From the NCBI GenBank assembly GCA_002633005.1, contig NMRA01000409.1:311831-375830 (forward strand): a stretch of DNA of 64,000 nucleotides. Reading direction: 5' to 3'. Shown here one piece after another: positions 37,601 through 48,800 of the stretch. The notes under the pieces are model-generated. The model was not told the origin of the DNA, searched no databases, and saw only the letters and a program-made list of their open reading frames with translations. How positions within the stretch are numbered: position 1 is the stretch's first letter; each line of letters begins with the position of its first letter. Origin of the DNA: Phoronis australis (taxonomy: Eukaryota; Animalia; Phoronida). The position numbers and the translations under genes are program-made.

Positions 37601-39598
37601 ATGACCAGAAATTACAATTAATATTTCAAAAGGTTATGCATTCACCATCTTACTACCAAGATTCAGTCTGAAGCTCGACTGAGGTGTCGCATGGCGCACT
37701 GACCTCAGACCAATTGACTCGTATAACTGTTTTCGACGTTCGTTTTTCGTGTGGTAACGGTATTACTCTTTGCATTCTAGCTCACCTCCTCAACTGACCC
37801 ATATCTAGTTTTTTACTGATTCCTGGATTATTTCCCCTTTAATTACAGCGTAACCGGCGCGTCCATAGGCGTATGCGCCATGTTGAGTGGATCTGTTGTA
37901 GAGATGCTGTGCACATTGATCGGAAGTGCCATCGCCAACAGAAAGAAGGTGACTATAGCGAAATTTCCTGTTTACCTTTTTGGATGGAAGGAAACAGAAA
38001 GATTGTGGGAAATCGCGCTTTCTTCAAAACACGAATTTTCCAGTCACCATCTGTTGCGTTCCGTAAAACCACGACTTTAGCTTTGCAAATGCGACAAGAT
38101 CACGTCTTCTTTTAGAGCGCGGACATGATGAATTTTATTCAAGAATTCAGGAATTCCATCCCGTAGCGTTCAAACCTCACCGACCAAGCACTTCAGTGGC
38201 CGCCATTTTGAAATAGGTTACGTTGTTACGTAATAAGATGTCGCACATTCCCACGAAATAGATACCTTTTACTCCCGTGATTTTGTGTGGTCTTGCGTGG
38301 TCTCAGTTTTCGAACAAGACTATAAACTTGGTTTACGGAAAGCACTCCAGCAGGCAGATAGGTGAAATTCTCACTTGTCATTCAAAGCATGCGTAAGAAT
38401 AGAGCAATGCCAATTGTAGAGGGTTTAAGCAAAGTTAGTTAAGTCTGTACGCGAGGACAAGAATTTCCGTTTTTAGTGCCAACTACTTCACCGCTAAAGA
38501 TGATTTTATAATATGATTAGAGTAACTTAACTATACCTCCCGAGAAATATGTGTAACGCCTGCCTGACTCCACGATAGATCTCCCCGCCGAGTCGTGTCT
38601 CGCATCCCTCACGGTAGAAGTGCGAGCACGTAGTTGTACACGTACATGTACATTTATAAAAAACCCAAGTATTCGTAATTTGAATGTAAAGATTCATACT
38701 TCAACAAACATGCAGTCACAGTCAGCCTGAGTCAAGGGCGAGTTGTCATTAAGTTTTCATGAAGTTTAACTGAAAGAAGCTTAAACCTGACATGTATTAT
38801 AATTTCCGAGGACGATTATTTTTTTTGGCCTTAGTACTGATGATGAACTGGGCCCAGCAACTTATCTCCGGATTCAGACTCTACCCAGACTCTAAACTTA
38901 GCCATTCACGAAGCATGATTGGATTGCAACGTAAGGATACTGAGATCATACCATACATGTAGTAGGTCAGTTTTCGAATGGAATTTTGAGTACAGACTGA
39001 ATTCATTCTCGGGATGTAGTGTTATTTGATGGCAGTTTCTATTTTTGAACTTTCCAATGATTACCTGTGCTTGAAATGTTCGCGCGTTTTTGTCTGTTTA
39101 GTGTTCCGTTTGAATAATCTCAACTACCTCCATGGTGGACATTGTCTGTGAGGTCGCTAGTATAATAATTATTCGTACAGCTGTTATTGTAAATATAACG
39201 TAGTATGGTTTGTCTTGCCAATGGGGGAGTCGTTACTGATATTCGCAATGGCATCTACGGGCTAAGCTGACGTAACGTGAATGACGGGAAAATTCCGAAT
39301 ATTTTTGGCGTGAGTGTGCACAAAGAATCGATATGTCACTAACGCCGTCTAGGGCATTACAACGTTAAAGTCGACGGAGACGTACAAGTCGAAGTTAGAT
39401 ACCTAGGTTATTTTTCAGGTGGCACCTGAGACGATAACTGAAGGTATGAATGACGATCAAAAGTCTCCAATCACGGTTCTTTCGTTGCCTTCATCGGTGG
39501 CGTCCCACCAGGAAAGTGAGGAGAATATTGTGTACGCGGCCAATACGGAGCGGATGTCAAAACGAATGTCAAAAATCAGTGAAATCAGTGATTGCTGA
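19524..39598 (+). CDS. ANKH: ANKH-like transporter paralog 2, complete, 13 coding exons, about 513 aa
   Basis: Exons: 19524-19643, 22927-23029, 23501-23614, 28015-28133, 29571-29654, 30730-30888, 31710-31844, 32895-32987, 33893-33973, 34359-34488, 36967-37090, 37849-37948, 39419-39598. Total 1542 nt with consistent phases and no internal stop. Motifs YWPLLKF, FRHVGLVLVHSRRD, EGILL, PILIPVISLYLG, RFWGPLAL..NRP and PLRIF are collinear with ANKH. Confidence 0.93.
19765..20020 (+). repeat. Interspersed repeat (relatives at about 3590-3680 and 47940-48145 plus 48865-48940)
   Basis: Shared aaccacctt..aacgtagcg, gcattgttgc.gaatatt and ttatggtgtca.accata blocks. Confidence 0.55.
20456..20743 (+). 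repeat. Tandem repeat, unit about 137 bp, 2.1 copies
   Basis: gccccgggtaat recurs at 20456, 20594 and 20731. Confidence 0.85.
21896..22133 (+). mobile_element. tRNA-derived SINE
   Basis: A box TGGCCTAGTGTG, B box GGTTCGAGTGC, 3' stem-loop TCTGATAC-AACGT-GTATCAGA and a T/A-rich tail; a second copy lies at 541-720. Confidence 0.8.
22927..23029 (+). CDS. ANKH: ANKH-2 exon (AENRSLTSGGGEHVASTLAAFGIAHSLVKFLCMS)
   Basis: ttatag / gtgagt boundaries; resembles ALNRG...LASYGLAYSLMKF. Confidence 0.87.
23501..23614 (+). CDS. ANKH: ANKH-2 exon (NFRHVGLVLVHSRRDLK...)
   Basis: ctccag / gtacgt boundaries; resembles DFKNVGLVFVNSKRD. Confidence 0.88.
24745..25005 (+). repeat. Degenerate (CAC/CAT/CAA)n microsatellite (another at 27890-28010)
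   Basis: Low-complexity triplet tract. Confidence 0.85.
25503..26960 (+). mobile_element. Decayed CR1/L2-group LINE (2A-like N-terminus, RT and C-terminal Cys motif)
   Basis: AFDCV, QGSVLGP..YINDLP, YLYADD, HLGLMLDEKLSF, ILPHIDY and SPNCKCG, with frameshifts. Confidence 0.85.
26985..27159 (-). mobile_element. tRNA-derived SINE (different family; tRNA-Ala-like head)
   Basis: Minus strand GTCGCTGCATGGCGTAGTGGTAAAG...GGGTTCGAATCC contains A and B boxes. The acceptor stem does not pair, so this is not a tRNA gene. Confidence 0.65.
27677..27801. repeat. Hairpin (palindromic) element of about 125 bp
   Basis: Arms gttatcccc..tctagagc..gtggattttggagaattatc are mirrored; loop gctaacgc. Confidence 0.8.
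28015..28133 (+). CDS. ANKH: ANKH-2 exon (VSELGSYYVKELHAV...LFLAGYGSLDTV)
   Basis: cacag / gtaggt boundaries, 119 bp. Confidence 0.87.
29571..29654 (+). CDS. ANKH: ANKH-2 exon (AKLFEGILLADKHSFIVATATLVDLALQ)
   Basis: aacag / gtgaga boundaries, 84 bp. Confidence 0.88.
29669..29919. mobile_element. Fold-back element / MITE of about 250 bp
   Basis: Nested inverted blocks gagtgc, cagacgg, gctgagctggctgc and ctgagctgacagct are mirrored at the right end. Confidence 0.65.
30730..30888 (+). CDS. ANKH: ANKH-2 exon (TGTIILLLL...PILIPVISLYLGTFTRL...)
   Basis: tgtag / gtgaag boundaries, 159 bp; resembles PLLIPILSLYMG. Confidence 0.87.
31710..31844 (+). CDS. ANKH: ANKH-2 exon (DKLTLLEILRFWGPLALVAAFHKINRPLINILVAR...)
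   Basis: tgcag / gtaagc boundaries, 135 bp. Confidence 0.9.
32168..32584. mobile_element. MITE family 2 (about 45-bp TIR GCCGGTTGCATGAAACAGTCCCAAATAGGGACTC)
   Basis: Long, near-perfect terminal inverted repeats. Confidence 0.8.
32895..32987 (+). CDS. ANKH: ANKH-2 exon (AVAVFSLVLPTAHFFYAGLTGLKVVVQPFMK)
   Basis: tttcag / gttcaa boundaries, 93 bp. Confidence 0.8.
33893..33973 (+). CDS. ANKH: ANKH-2 exon (GKNSKGHAYRLRELGMFSAAMCCCSFS)
   Basis: cccag / gtaaga boundaries, 81 bp. Confidence 0.82.
34359..34488 (+). CDS. ANKH: ANKH-2 exon (VMLLVFYIPGG...PLRIFTFFPFT)
   Basis: tacag / gtaact boundaries, 130 bp. Confidence 0.9.
36041..36441 (+). mobile_element. 401-bp MITE, family 1
   Basis: Same TIRs, TSD CTG, nearly identical to 7171-7571. 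Confidence 0.85.
36967..37090 (+). CDS. ANKH: ANKH-2 exon (VCVQAFFSSWLISKKLTGYLAPGSFVR...)
   Basis: ttttag / gtaagt boundaries, 124 bp. Confidence 0.88.
37849..37948 (+). CDS. ANKH: ANKH-2 exon (VTGASIGVCAMLSGSVVEMLCTLIGSAIANRKK)
   Basis: tacag / gtgact boundaries, 100 bp. Confidence 0.88.
39419..39598 (+). CDS. ANKH: ANKH-2 last exon (VAPETITEGMNDD...KISEISDC*)
   Basis: tttcag acceptor; TGA at 39596. Confidence 0.75.
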   Translation: MAPETITEGMNDDQKSPITVLSLPSSVASHQESEENIVYAANTERMSKRMSKISEISDC

Positions 39599-40442
39599 TT
39601 GCCCAACAAATTTCGAAGGTGAGGATGTCATCCGACAACAGCAATTTCTATGGGCGATCAGCATCCGGGCACGTCGGGAAAATTCTGAAGTTGAAGCCAT
39701 GTTGCGCAATCCCTTTTGCCAGAAATGCTTATGTTTAGTTGGGCTAGAAAGGCTGAGAGAATGATGTCTCTCTCAAAGCCAGAGGTCTGATATACATATT
39801 AAAAGCATCTACATGACTAATCGACATCTCCACGTACCTCAGAATTAGCCCGATCCATTTTCCACTGCATTCCGCCTTTGCAAATTTAGTGAATCGTAGA
39901 GCTTAACACTAACTTGAACAGCAAAAAATGCCTATACATGCTATTGTGTTGGACTTTTAATGCGATTACTTTGCTGAGGCACATTACTCATAGCAGTGAA
40001 AAATTATGCACAAGGTGTCCCAAAATGTATCCACTCTTTAAATGACAATAACTGCATTTGCTATTGAATTCAGAGGAAGAGGATTACAGGCTTAAATAGG
40101 CAATCGAAAGAAAAATATTTTTGGAACCAAAATAAATGAATTCTTTTATTAATTGAAGTGTTTGAGTCTTCAGTACAGCAGTGGGATTCGTTCTGCGAAA
40201 CCGAGTCCTTTGATTCCCATTTCCGTGCATACAAAGCACGCGACAGCCCACACGCCTAATTTTACATTACGGCATATAGCCGCCGACCTATTGGCTGCTG
40301 TAGCGATTTGGTAGGCATGGGCTCGGAGTCTGATCCTCTGGAACTCAGTTTGAACTCTTGACATTCCTACTGATCACGTGTGCGTACGGTCAAGGGCACT
40401 GACGGTGTATTTCGCAATCCGTCTCAAAATACAGGACAATGT

Positions 40443-40990
40443 TCAACAACCTCCCGGAGCCCGTAAATTGACACGTATCAGCCCAATACGATGAGTCATA
40501 TGTTGCTTCAACCAGGCAATTGCTTTTGAAGACTCAGATGTCAGTATGGCAATGACGTCATCCCTTGTACCAGCACTTGCTGAGAGAGTGTTATCATCAG
40601 CATAATACCACTGTGCCTCGATAAATAACACGCTGATATCGTTCACAAAAATATTGAACAGAACTGGACCCATGATGGACCCCTGTGGCACTCCCTTGAC
40701 TATATCTTGCCAATCACTAGACATTCCACCGATCCTAACACACTGTTTCCTTCTTGACAGATAGGACCATGAAAAGGCCCATGCCTTTTCACGCACACCA
40801 TACGCTCTTAATTTTGCGATCATGAGTTGGCGGGTGCGGGAGGCAGTCGAACGCTTTGCTCAGATCCATGAGCACTGCTCCAGCACATTGATTTTGTTCA
40901 GCAGCCAACATCCAATCTTCAACCATACGTAGTAAAACTGATTGACAGCTATATCCGCTCCTATAGGCAGCAATCCGCGGATCCAAACCG
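40443..40990 (-). mobile_element. LINE reverse-transcriptase fragment
   Basis: YRSGYSC, MDLSKAFDCLPH, GVPQGSIMGP and YADD; not present at the paralogous site (about 7690-7780). Confidence 0.88.
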
Positions 40991-41527
40991 GCTAGTGAAT
41001 CAGAAGATAGACGAATTTAGCCCTCGGTCCCGGTCAGCTTGGTAGTCTAATCCCCCTTTTAGAATACTGTGTTCAAAGGGAACCATATGCAGGAAGCTTC
41101 CATGAAAAGGGCATGATTTTGTTCCGCAAAATCCCTTTTTTTCGAAAGATTAAACCTGCATTTCGCCTTATCTCGGTGGTATATCCCTTCTTTTGTTTTA
41201 TTGCACGTGCAGTTTATCTACATGCTCTATCCATCAATTTCCACGTTTCTTTTAGAATATGTAGAAATGACTAATTACAGAAAGGTATCGAATAATTGAC
41301 AGATGAAAGCTTTTTCGATCGTTCCCAAAGTATCCATTTTGCTTATTGTGGTTTCCAAACCTCGCTTAGTTAATTGTTATATTTTGCTCGATATGGTGTC
41401 GCAGGTTCCCGGTGTAAATATACTGTATCCATTCATTACAGAACGTTTTCGTTTGATTTGGATTAGATTTGTGCCCAATATTGTGGGGGAACGTTATGTA
41501 GGCAATTAACTTATTTTTGATGATCCA

Positions 41528-41882
41528 GGTTAAACAAACTCGAAGTTATTTTTGGCAATTTCTCTGCTCCTTTTTTGCGAACTCTAGATAAGTGGTTATC
41601 AGACTGTGCTCGAATACATTATATATGTAGTTTTGCATATGAATTTCTAGCCAAAATTTGTACTTGAAGACCCTGATATTGTGTTACAAACTAGACTAAA
41701 AACTCGAAATTTCGAGTTCAAACTTGAACATTTGTTGGGTTTATCAATTGCAAACTATGACTATCCACATAAGTTATTATGCACTCGAGCACAGCACTTG
41801 TCTGGAGTTCGCACAAAAATAGAGTAGAAAATGCCAAATATAATTGCGAGTTCCATTTCGAGTAAAAAATAAAGACCGGGCC
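41528..41882 (+). mobile_element. Older, diverged family-1 MITE
   Basis: Internal similarity and right TIR AGACCGGGCC+CAG; absent from the paralogous site near 8280. Confidence 0.7.
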
Positions 41883-43608
41883 CAGATCGCCGTGCATTGG
41901 AATTTTCATCGGTCAATCTTTGATGAGAGTTTACAGTTTTTAGAGCAATGAAACAGCTGTTTCCTGAACAACGTCTTGAATGTGTTTTAGGTAGCTCGAA
42001 TGAACAAGGCCAATCAAATCAGCCGTCGTACACGCGAATTTGCTCCACCAGCAGACTGTACGTGTACACAATGAACCATGATGCGTCAGGGCTCTACTTT
42101 CCCGTATTCCATGGCCTAGTATTCCGTGGCCGTATTCACACATGGGGGATAAAATTATGATTTTCTTGATATAATAACCCACAAGTCTCGTCGCGTACCT
42201 TATATAACAAATATTTATCCCATATATGTGCAAGCATTGGGTGTTTTATCCTACAGCATGGCCCTGAAATACGGGTCGTATTGTGAGGTTTGATATGGAA
42301 GAATTACTTAATTTCCGTATTCAACGCGCGTTGGTAGAAACATGATTATACATGTATAGCATCAGTTTGGGTTCAGCTCCGTGCGCAATATTTTTACATG
42401 TCAATATTATGATATGAGTTCTGAAAACTAAACAAAAACGTGATATAAAATTATCGTTGACAATGCTTCTTAATATCCCGTTAAATTTTGCACCTGAGTA
42501 GAACACTTAAATCACAAAGTCTCGAACTTGCCACATAATATTTGGGATTAGGAAAGCAATATACATTACAAATACATGCCTCCTTTATGTCACCTACAGT
42601 GTATTACTCTACACTAGTTGAGGTTCTTTACGGTCAAATATGAGTCAATTTTTAAATTCGTTCTCAAAACAATCAAAATACGTCTGGCCCAAAAGCAAAA
42701 CTGCAACTTCTGTAAACACTGTATTTTTGTCAATTTTATGATAAATTTCGGATTACTTTCTACCTAAAAATGATAAGAACCGCGCTCCAGGAGCATTTTT
42801 AAGAAGCGTCTGAACGTGCATCACTTCAAAAGCTGTTTACTTGACGTTTTATTTTAAGCTCAAATGCACGCCGGTGCCGCTCAGAATTTCTGGAATCTCA
42901 TTCGAATTCATTGAACCAACCTTCAATGCCAAAATTATTTTTATTCGTTTTACTAGACACTAAAATAGTTGAAAGAATTTCCCATCACAATACACTAACC
43001 GGAAACTGAGCTTGCTATTTTTAGAGGGTGGCGCTTCCTCTATGGTTTTTCGCAAGAAAATGTCAGAGTTGCGAATCTATATGGTCTATGGTCATTGCCG
43101 GTCGTAGCGTAAAATCTGTTTTTGCGATACAGTCCTTACCTCAAGTTTAGCAAACCAGCACAGTTTCCACCGCTATTTTCCAATGCTACAATCAACTCGG
43201 GGAAATGTTTCTACAACTATTTACAGTCCAAAGCTAAGACACGAAAATACATGTAGACGAAGAAAACTAAGAAATTCATCAAAGCTAAAACGACAAACTG
43301 CTGCACAAGTGTTTAGGGAATGTTTCAACTTTTATAATCCGGGATGGATTGTTTCTAAGGTTCACACAAACTGTTAATATTTTTAATGGTTCAGTGCTTT
43401 AACTTGCATAATTCACAAACTGAAAAATCTAATCAATTTATTAGTAAATAAATCTTTACTGGTTATTCAACACTTTCACAGATAGTCTTAGGTACCATAC
43501 TATGCATACATGTACATACATGTATGACGTCATAAAACAACAAGCCGGAGCACAGCAGTACGGCAACAAGGTTTTATGGCGATGACGCAAATAAGTCCAT
43601 ATATATGG

Positions 43609-43785
43609 GATAAATAGGTTATATCAAATACATCGGAATACTACTGCGATATCCTATCTCGAAGCCATTTCATCTGGGAATGTCCCAACTCGACGTTCGG
43701 TCTCGTTCTGACATCCCCAGGTGAAATGAACTCTCCATAGGATATGGCAGTAGTATTCCTGTGTATGTGGGATAACCTATTTATC
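43609..43785. repeat. Hairpin element of about 177 bp
   Basis: gataaataggttat..ggaatactactgc..atatcctat..catttca is mirrored on the right. Confidence 0.8.
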
Positions 43786-43920
43786 ATACGTCTTGATACG
43801 TCCGTGTAATAACCGTGCCATGTGTTCTTGAGGGAAACTACAAGGTTATTTGTACGGTTAGTGTAATTGCACAGGAGTTGTCAAAGAAAATGTGGATTAA
43901 AACTTTAACGTGTTGCAAAA

Positions 43921-44073
43921 AATTTTCAAGCTACACTCGTTTTCAAATTGGTGAACGTTATCAAGCCTCCGTTGCTGTGTGTAGTATTTTCACTCGGCCT
44001 TCGGTTTCGTGAAAATATTTAGGCCTACTCGACACAGCACTGAACCAGTAAAAACACTTGTAGTTTGACATTT
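43921..44073. repeat. Degenerate hairpin element
   Basis: tattttcac-tcggccttcggtttc-gtgaaaata core with mirrored flanks. Confidence 0.6.
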
Positions 44074-44300
44074 ACAAAATTGCTGCAGTTCCTTTTTGAA
44101 TAACCTTGATGAGAAACGAAAGACAGTTGTGATGTGAACCCAAAACGTGTTCTGCTCAAGTGTATGGTGGTCATCCTGCGCTAATCACCTTTCTTTAGTG
44201 ATTAATTATTTGATAATGTTGTAAAAGTGAGTTTTTATGCTCAACTGTTTTAAAGTTATGTTAAACTATAAAAATGACCCAATTTTATTAACGTCAGGAA

Positions 44301-44559
44301 CATGGGCGCTCCCAAGGGGGGGAGCTTGAGTGGGGCTCGAAGGAGTTTCCCTCATTTGGCGAAATGGTCAAACTGGTCCACCTCAGGAACAAAAAGTCCG
44401 AGAAAACGAGACAATAGTCCAGGCACTGCAGGAATTCGGCGACTGCACAATTCATAGCTCTGAATGTACCCCGCTGTTTTATTTTTATAGCAAAAGGTCC
44501 ACATTGTCAAAAATTCGAGCCCCCTCCCGGGCCTATATTTTAGGCTGGGTGCGCGCATG
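44301..44559 (+). mobile_element. MITE family 3 (inverted relative at about 35543-35820; truncated left end at 9694-9730)
   Basis: TIR CATG(G/C)GCGC..CCCAG / CTGGGTGCGCGCATG; internal homology with the reverse complement of 35543-35796. Confidence 0.65.
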
Positions 44560-45108
44560 AGGAATGTCATATCTCAAAAATGGTCGACTTGTTGGATTTA
44601 TATGGAACCTTCCCATTCTGGGCTTCGTGCACATTTCTCCCAAGCGCTCTTAGGGGTCGGTTTACAACTTTTTAGGTTTACTCCAGGGGCTATCAAAACC
44701 AGGACTTTCATAATTCTTATGGAAAAGCTAACAAACACCGAACAAAAACAAATTTTGAAAAACTACAGCAGCGTTTTTGAAACTTATTCTTAGACATTTG
44801 CATCAAATGAAGTGTCATGTTATTGCAACCTTTGTTTTCTTATTTTTTGTTAAATTTTAGTAAAAAGACGTGATCACGTTACCCAGTCAATGACAGATTA
44901 GCAACAATTTGAAAAATCAGTCTACAGGCTTTTTAGTTTCAGAGAGTATGTAATTTACTTAGTTGCAGTTTACAGATTTGTATTTTTTGTGCTAAATGCA
45001 TACTCAGACATGTGTACATTATGTCCTGCTGAAAGTTACCTGAATACATTCGGCTGTCCTCACCTTTGATCGACCAATCAAGATCCAGATGTCAGATACT
45101 TTCACCAG

Positions 45109-45509
45109 GGCCCGGTCTCCAATCTTTTTACTCGAAATGGAACTCGAAATTAGGTTTGGCATTTTCTACTCTACTTTTGGGCGAAATCAAGATAAGTGTC
45201 TATTATTCTATGTTCGAGTACACAGTAACTTACGTAGATAATTTATTGCCTTTAGTTCACAGTTTGTAAACCCAATATTAAAGCAATAAGTTCGAGTTTG
45301 AACTCGAAATTTCGAGTTTTTACTAGAGTTTGTAGCACGAATATAAGGGTATTCAAGGGCAAACTTGAACTAGAAACTCCTATGCATAAACTATAATGTA
45401 TTCGAGCACAGTCTGATAACCAATTATCTTAAGTTCGCACAAAAGGAGCAGAGAAATTGCCAAAAATAGTTTCGAGCTCGTTTCGAGTACAAAGATTAGA
45501 GACCTTGCC
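45109..45509 (-). mobile_element. 401-bp MITE, family 1, inverted
   Basis: Reverse complement of 7171-7571 with TSD CAG; about 260 bp upstream of the CA start codon. Confidence 0.85.
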
Positions 45510-45768
45510 CAGACTCTAAATTAGTAATGCTTATAAAATATGGGAACGAGACTAATCAAAACGAACACCAGGGTTGGCTTACGTAGTAAATGACATTAGT
45601 CAGCGATTGGTATATGTATGCTTTAATTAGGCGAGTCCACTGTATCAAATGAAGAAGTTTTTATGCAAGTGGCAATGATGTGAGTGTACGCCACCACGCG
45701 ATAGTTTAGACGCATGTGGTATTTAGTTTTCCAGCAAATGCTACTCGATCAATACGCTTAAACGAGAC

Positions 45769-45825
45769 ATGGATAGATTTTTTATCCTTGTGTTTTGCTT
45801 TGCTTTCTTGAAGACAGCGGATACA
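45769..45825 (+). CDS. CA: Putative CA signal-peptide exon (MDRFFILVFCFAFLKTADT)
   Basis: ATG, hydrophobic core and a consensus GTGAGT donor. It is phase 0, so a phase-shifting micro-exon is needed to join 52594. Confidence 0.6.
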
Positions 45826-48800
45826 GTGAGTACATTCTTTAATTTGTAGTTTGTGACAGAACGTTTCCCTTTTAAAAATCTCCGGTTTATGATTTCTCGA
45901 ACGCTAGAAAATTTGCGTGAAATCTCCGGTTTATTATTTCGCGGACGCTAGAAAATTTGCGTGAAATAGATTCGAGCACAAAATACAACTTGATCATTTG
46001 TGTACACAGTAGGTTGATGTGTGATCTTTAGTGCCAGACAGCTGTAGACCAAGGCTAGTCAAAGACAGTCAGCTAGCTGGATGATGACGTCAGAGATGCT
46101 TTGGTTTGTTTTCGTACGTAGAAAAGCAGTTCTGACTGTACACTGCATCAAAGAAGCTGCGGAGAATTCATGTTTGATATTACACACTCATGGACACATA
46201 CGCAAACAGCATACGGTTGTACATACGTTATAACTGAATGGTGTATATGTACCTCGTGTGGGTGATACTCAAGGCGTACGGTTGTACATACGTTATAACT
46301 GAATGGTGTACATGTACAGTGTACCTCGCGTGGGTGATACTCAAGGCGTACGGTTGTACATACGTTATAACTGAATGGTGTACATGTACAGTGTACCTCG
46401 CGTGGGTGACACTCAGGCGAGGACTCTTGGAGTCACTCCTCATGAAACCAACCCAACCAGTCGCCCACCCTCTCAGCCCCATCATGGTTTAGGAATTTGG
46501 AAAGTCATATGGTGTCAAACAAGATGTAGTATTTATTGTGGTTTAGACTAAAAATACTGCATGTACACAATTCTCTGAATGCACTGTAACAGGGGACCAG
46601 CGAGACAATCAGGAACGTACAAACATTCTCGTGAAAACGAGTAACACTAAAATTTTGTATCACAGTTTTCTGCATAAAGGTCCAGGGTGTATATTTGAAA
46701 GTGACAAATGTACATGAAAGCTCGGCTGTATCAGCGATGTAGACGGTGTGCATAAAAAAGCTTCTGGGAATACACAATACTGTCGACGCGTAATTTTGCT
46801 CACAGGTTGGAGTTTATTGCTAAAGATTTACTTCAGTGACGATATTGATGTCCAATTCATATGAAATTGGGGAAAGATTCAGTTTCCAACCACGCAATTT
46901 TCCCAAGTAAAGCCATTGGGCGTATCAGCGGAACATTTTCATTACGTACTCCAACATGGCGTGTCTCTAAAGATGGGTCTTTACACAGAAAACTCTGGTA
47001 TCCAATTTGCACGTGCCACTCAGAGTTCGTGATAATAGGTCAGACATGCTGTTCTTGCAAATGACGATTTCTTGCCTTTCTCGAACTCGAAATTGAATGG
47101 CAGCGTTAAAATCTAAGTCTCGGACCAACCCGCTTCAACTTTTGCCAGATCTAATGACCGTGCTTGGGCTCAGTTACGTTTCAATGAGCTTTAGCTTAGC
47201 ACAATGTCTTTTAAAGGAGGCCACAGTTACAGAGATTATCAGTAATAACTTAAGGCCAATCATTACGTCCAGCAAAGTCTAATTTTTTAAACGTTCCTCT
47301 TGAATTCTAGCGGCGCACAATTGCATTCTGCAACCCCTGTATTTTAAATGCCGGTTCGGATGCGCAGATTTCGTCATAGAAACCAGCAAACTTCATGGTC
47401 ATATGCTTTTACACAATCTTGGATGGAGTTGACCAAACTAGTGGTTAGGATGGTTTCAAACAAATCGTCGATTTGTTGCATTGCTTGCAATTTGCAAATT
47501 TGTCCAAGCATTCTACCTTCACCCGATTATTTTGGTCCGTCAACGATAGACCCGCGTCTGATGACTGCTCTCCTGTCGTTTTCATTTCCATCCAAAGGTG
47601 CTTCTTCACCATGCTATGCACGTAGACTTGCGTGACTGCTCGGGAATTTTGAACACTATTGTCACTTTCCTGTTGGAGTACATTTTAACGACTCGGTCTT
47701 TTACGACTTTGTAAACTGCTAATCTCTTGGGCATGATTGACTTCGCCTACCTCGACCCAAAAGTACATGTAGCATAAGAGGGTGAATACATTGATGGCTA
47801 TGCGAAGACATTCTGTAGAACCTTTTGAGAAATTTGGATCACACAAGATTTCTAAGACTTCGAGATCCTCAGCATCCCGTCCAGTAATTTTCCACCGTCA
47901 CTTTAGCATCAAACCAATGAGCGCTCCACATTACAGTCGGTGTTGTAGTGGGCGTAGGCGCAGTCAACCACCTTATGGCATTTAAACGTGGCGCCAGCGT
48001 TATAGTGGGTGCAGGCGCAGCGAACCATTTTTTACGCCTTCACGTAGCGCCTACTCACAGTAGCTTTGATACAGTAGCTTGCGGTGTTGATGCGCAGGTA
48101 CACTGACGACAGCATTGTTGCAGAATATTCCGGCGCGCGTGACCATACGTCGTGGACAATTTACCCAAAAGATTGTAGTGAGCTTCTAGAGGCGTTGCCT
48201 TGACAATGACGAGCAGTCATTTTGCTCTATTCTGGGCATCTTAGCCCCAAAACCTAGCCGATGGGATCTGGGATAAAACATGGCGAGCACGAAGTCGGGA
48301 TTATTTGCTACCAGAGGAATGCGTGAGTTCTTAAAATCGGAGAAGACAACCGACCAAGTGCTCTGTGACGACAGGACCTCTTGCAGTACAGCTGAATATG
48401 TGAACGAGTATTCGGCGAAATGAACCGGATAGCACATGTATAAGACGAACACTCTTGTTTGCTATTAGAAACTACCCCTAGCTCTGTGTTCGACAAAGTC
48501 AATGGTCCCCTCCCCCCGCCTTCCATGTTCCAACCACAACCTTATGCCACAACGTGGATGATTCGACAACACGGAACTGCTGATTGTTCTCAGTCCAGAT
48601 AACCATGCATGTAACTTAGAAAAGAACAAGACTGACACCAAAAAGTTTGTGGAGGTTTCTGTAGCTATAATATAAAGCACTCTATCTTTGGAGTGGTCAC
48701 TTCAAGCAACTGGTTTTTTAATATCTCCTAAATTAATTGAAGAATAAGAACAGCTACTTGTAACAAAACCCTGCACATCACACCGGGTACATAGTGTTTG

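Noticed and set aside
46211-46416. CRISPR-like periodicity
   Set aside because: These are head-to-tail repeats without unique spacers, in eukaryotic DNA with no cas genes.
46800-47900. Coding-like composition, perhaps a decayed retroelement ORF1 on the minus strand
   Set aside because: No recognisable motif and no continuous frame.
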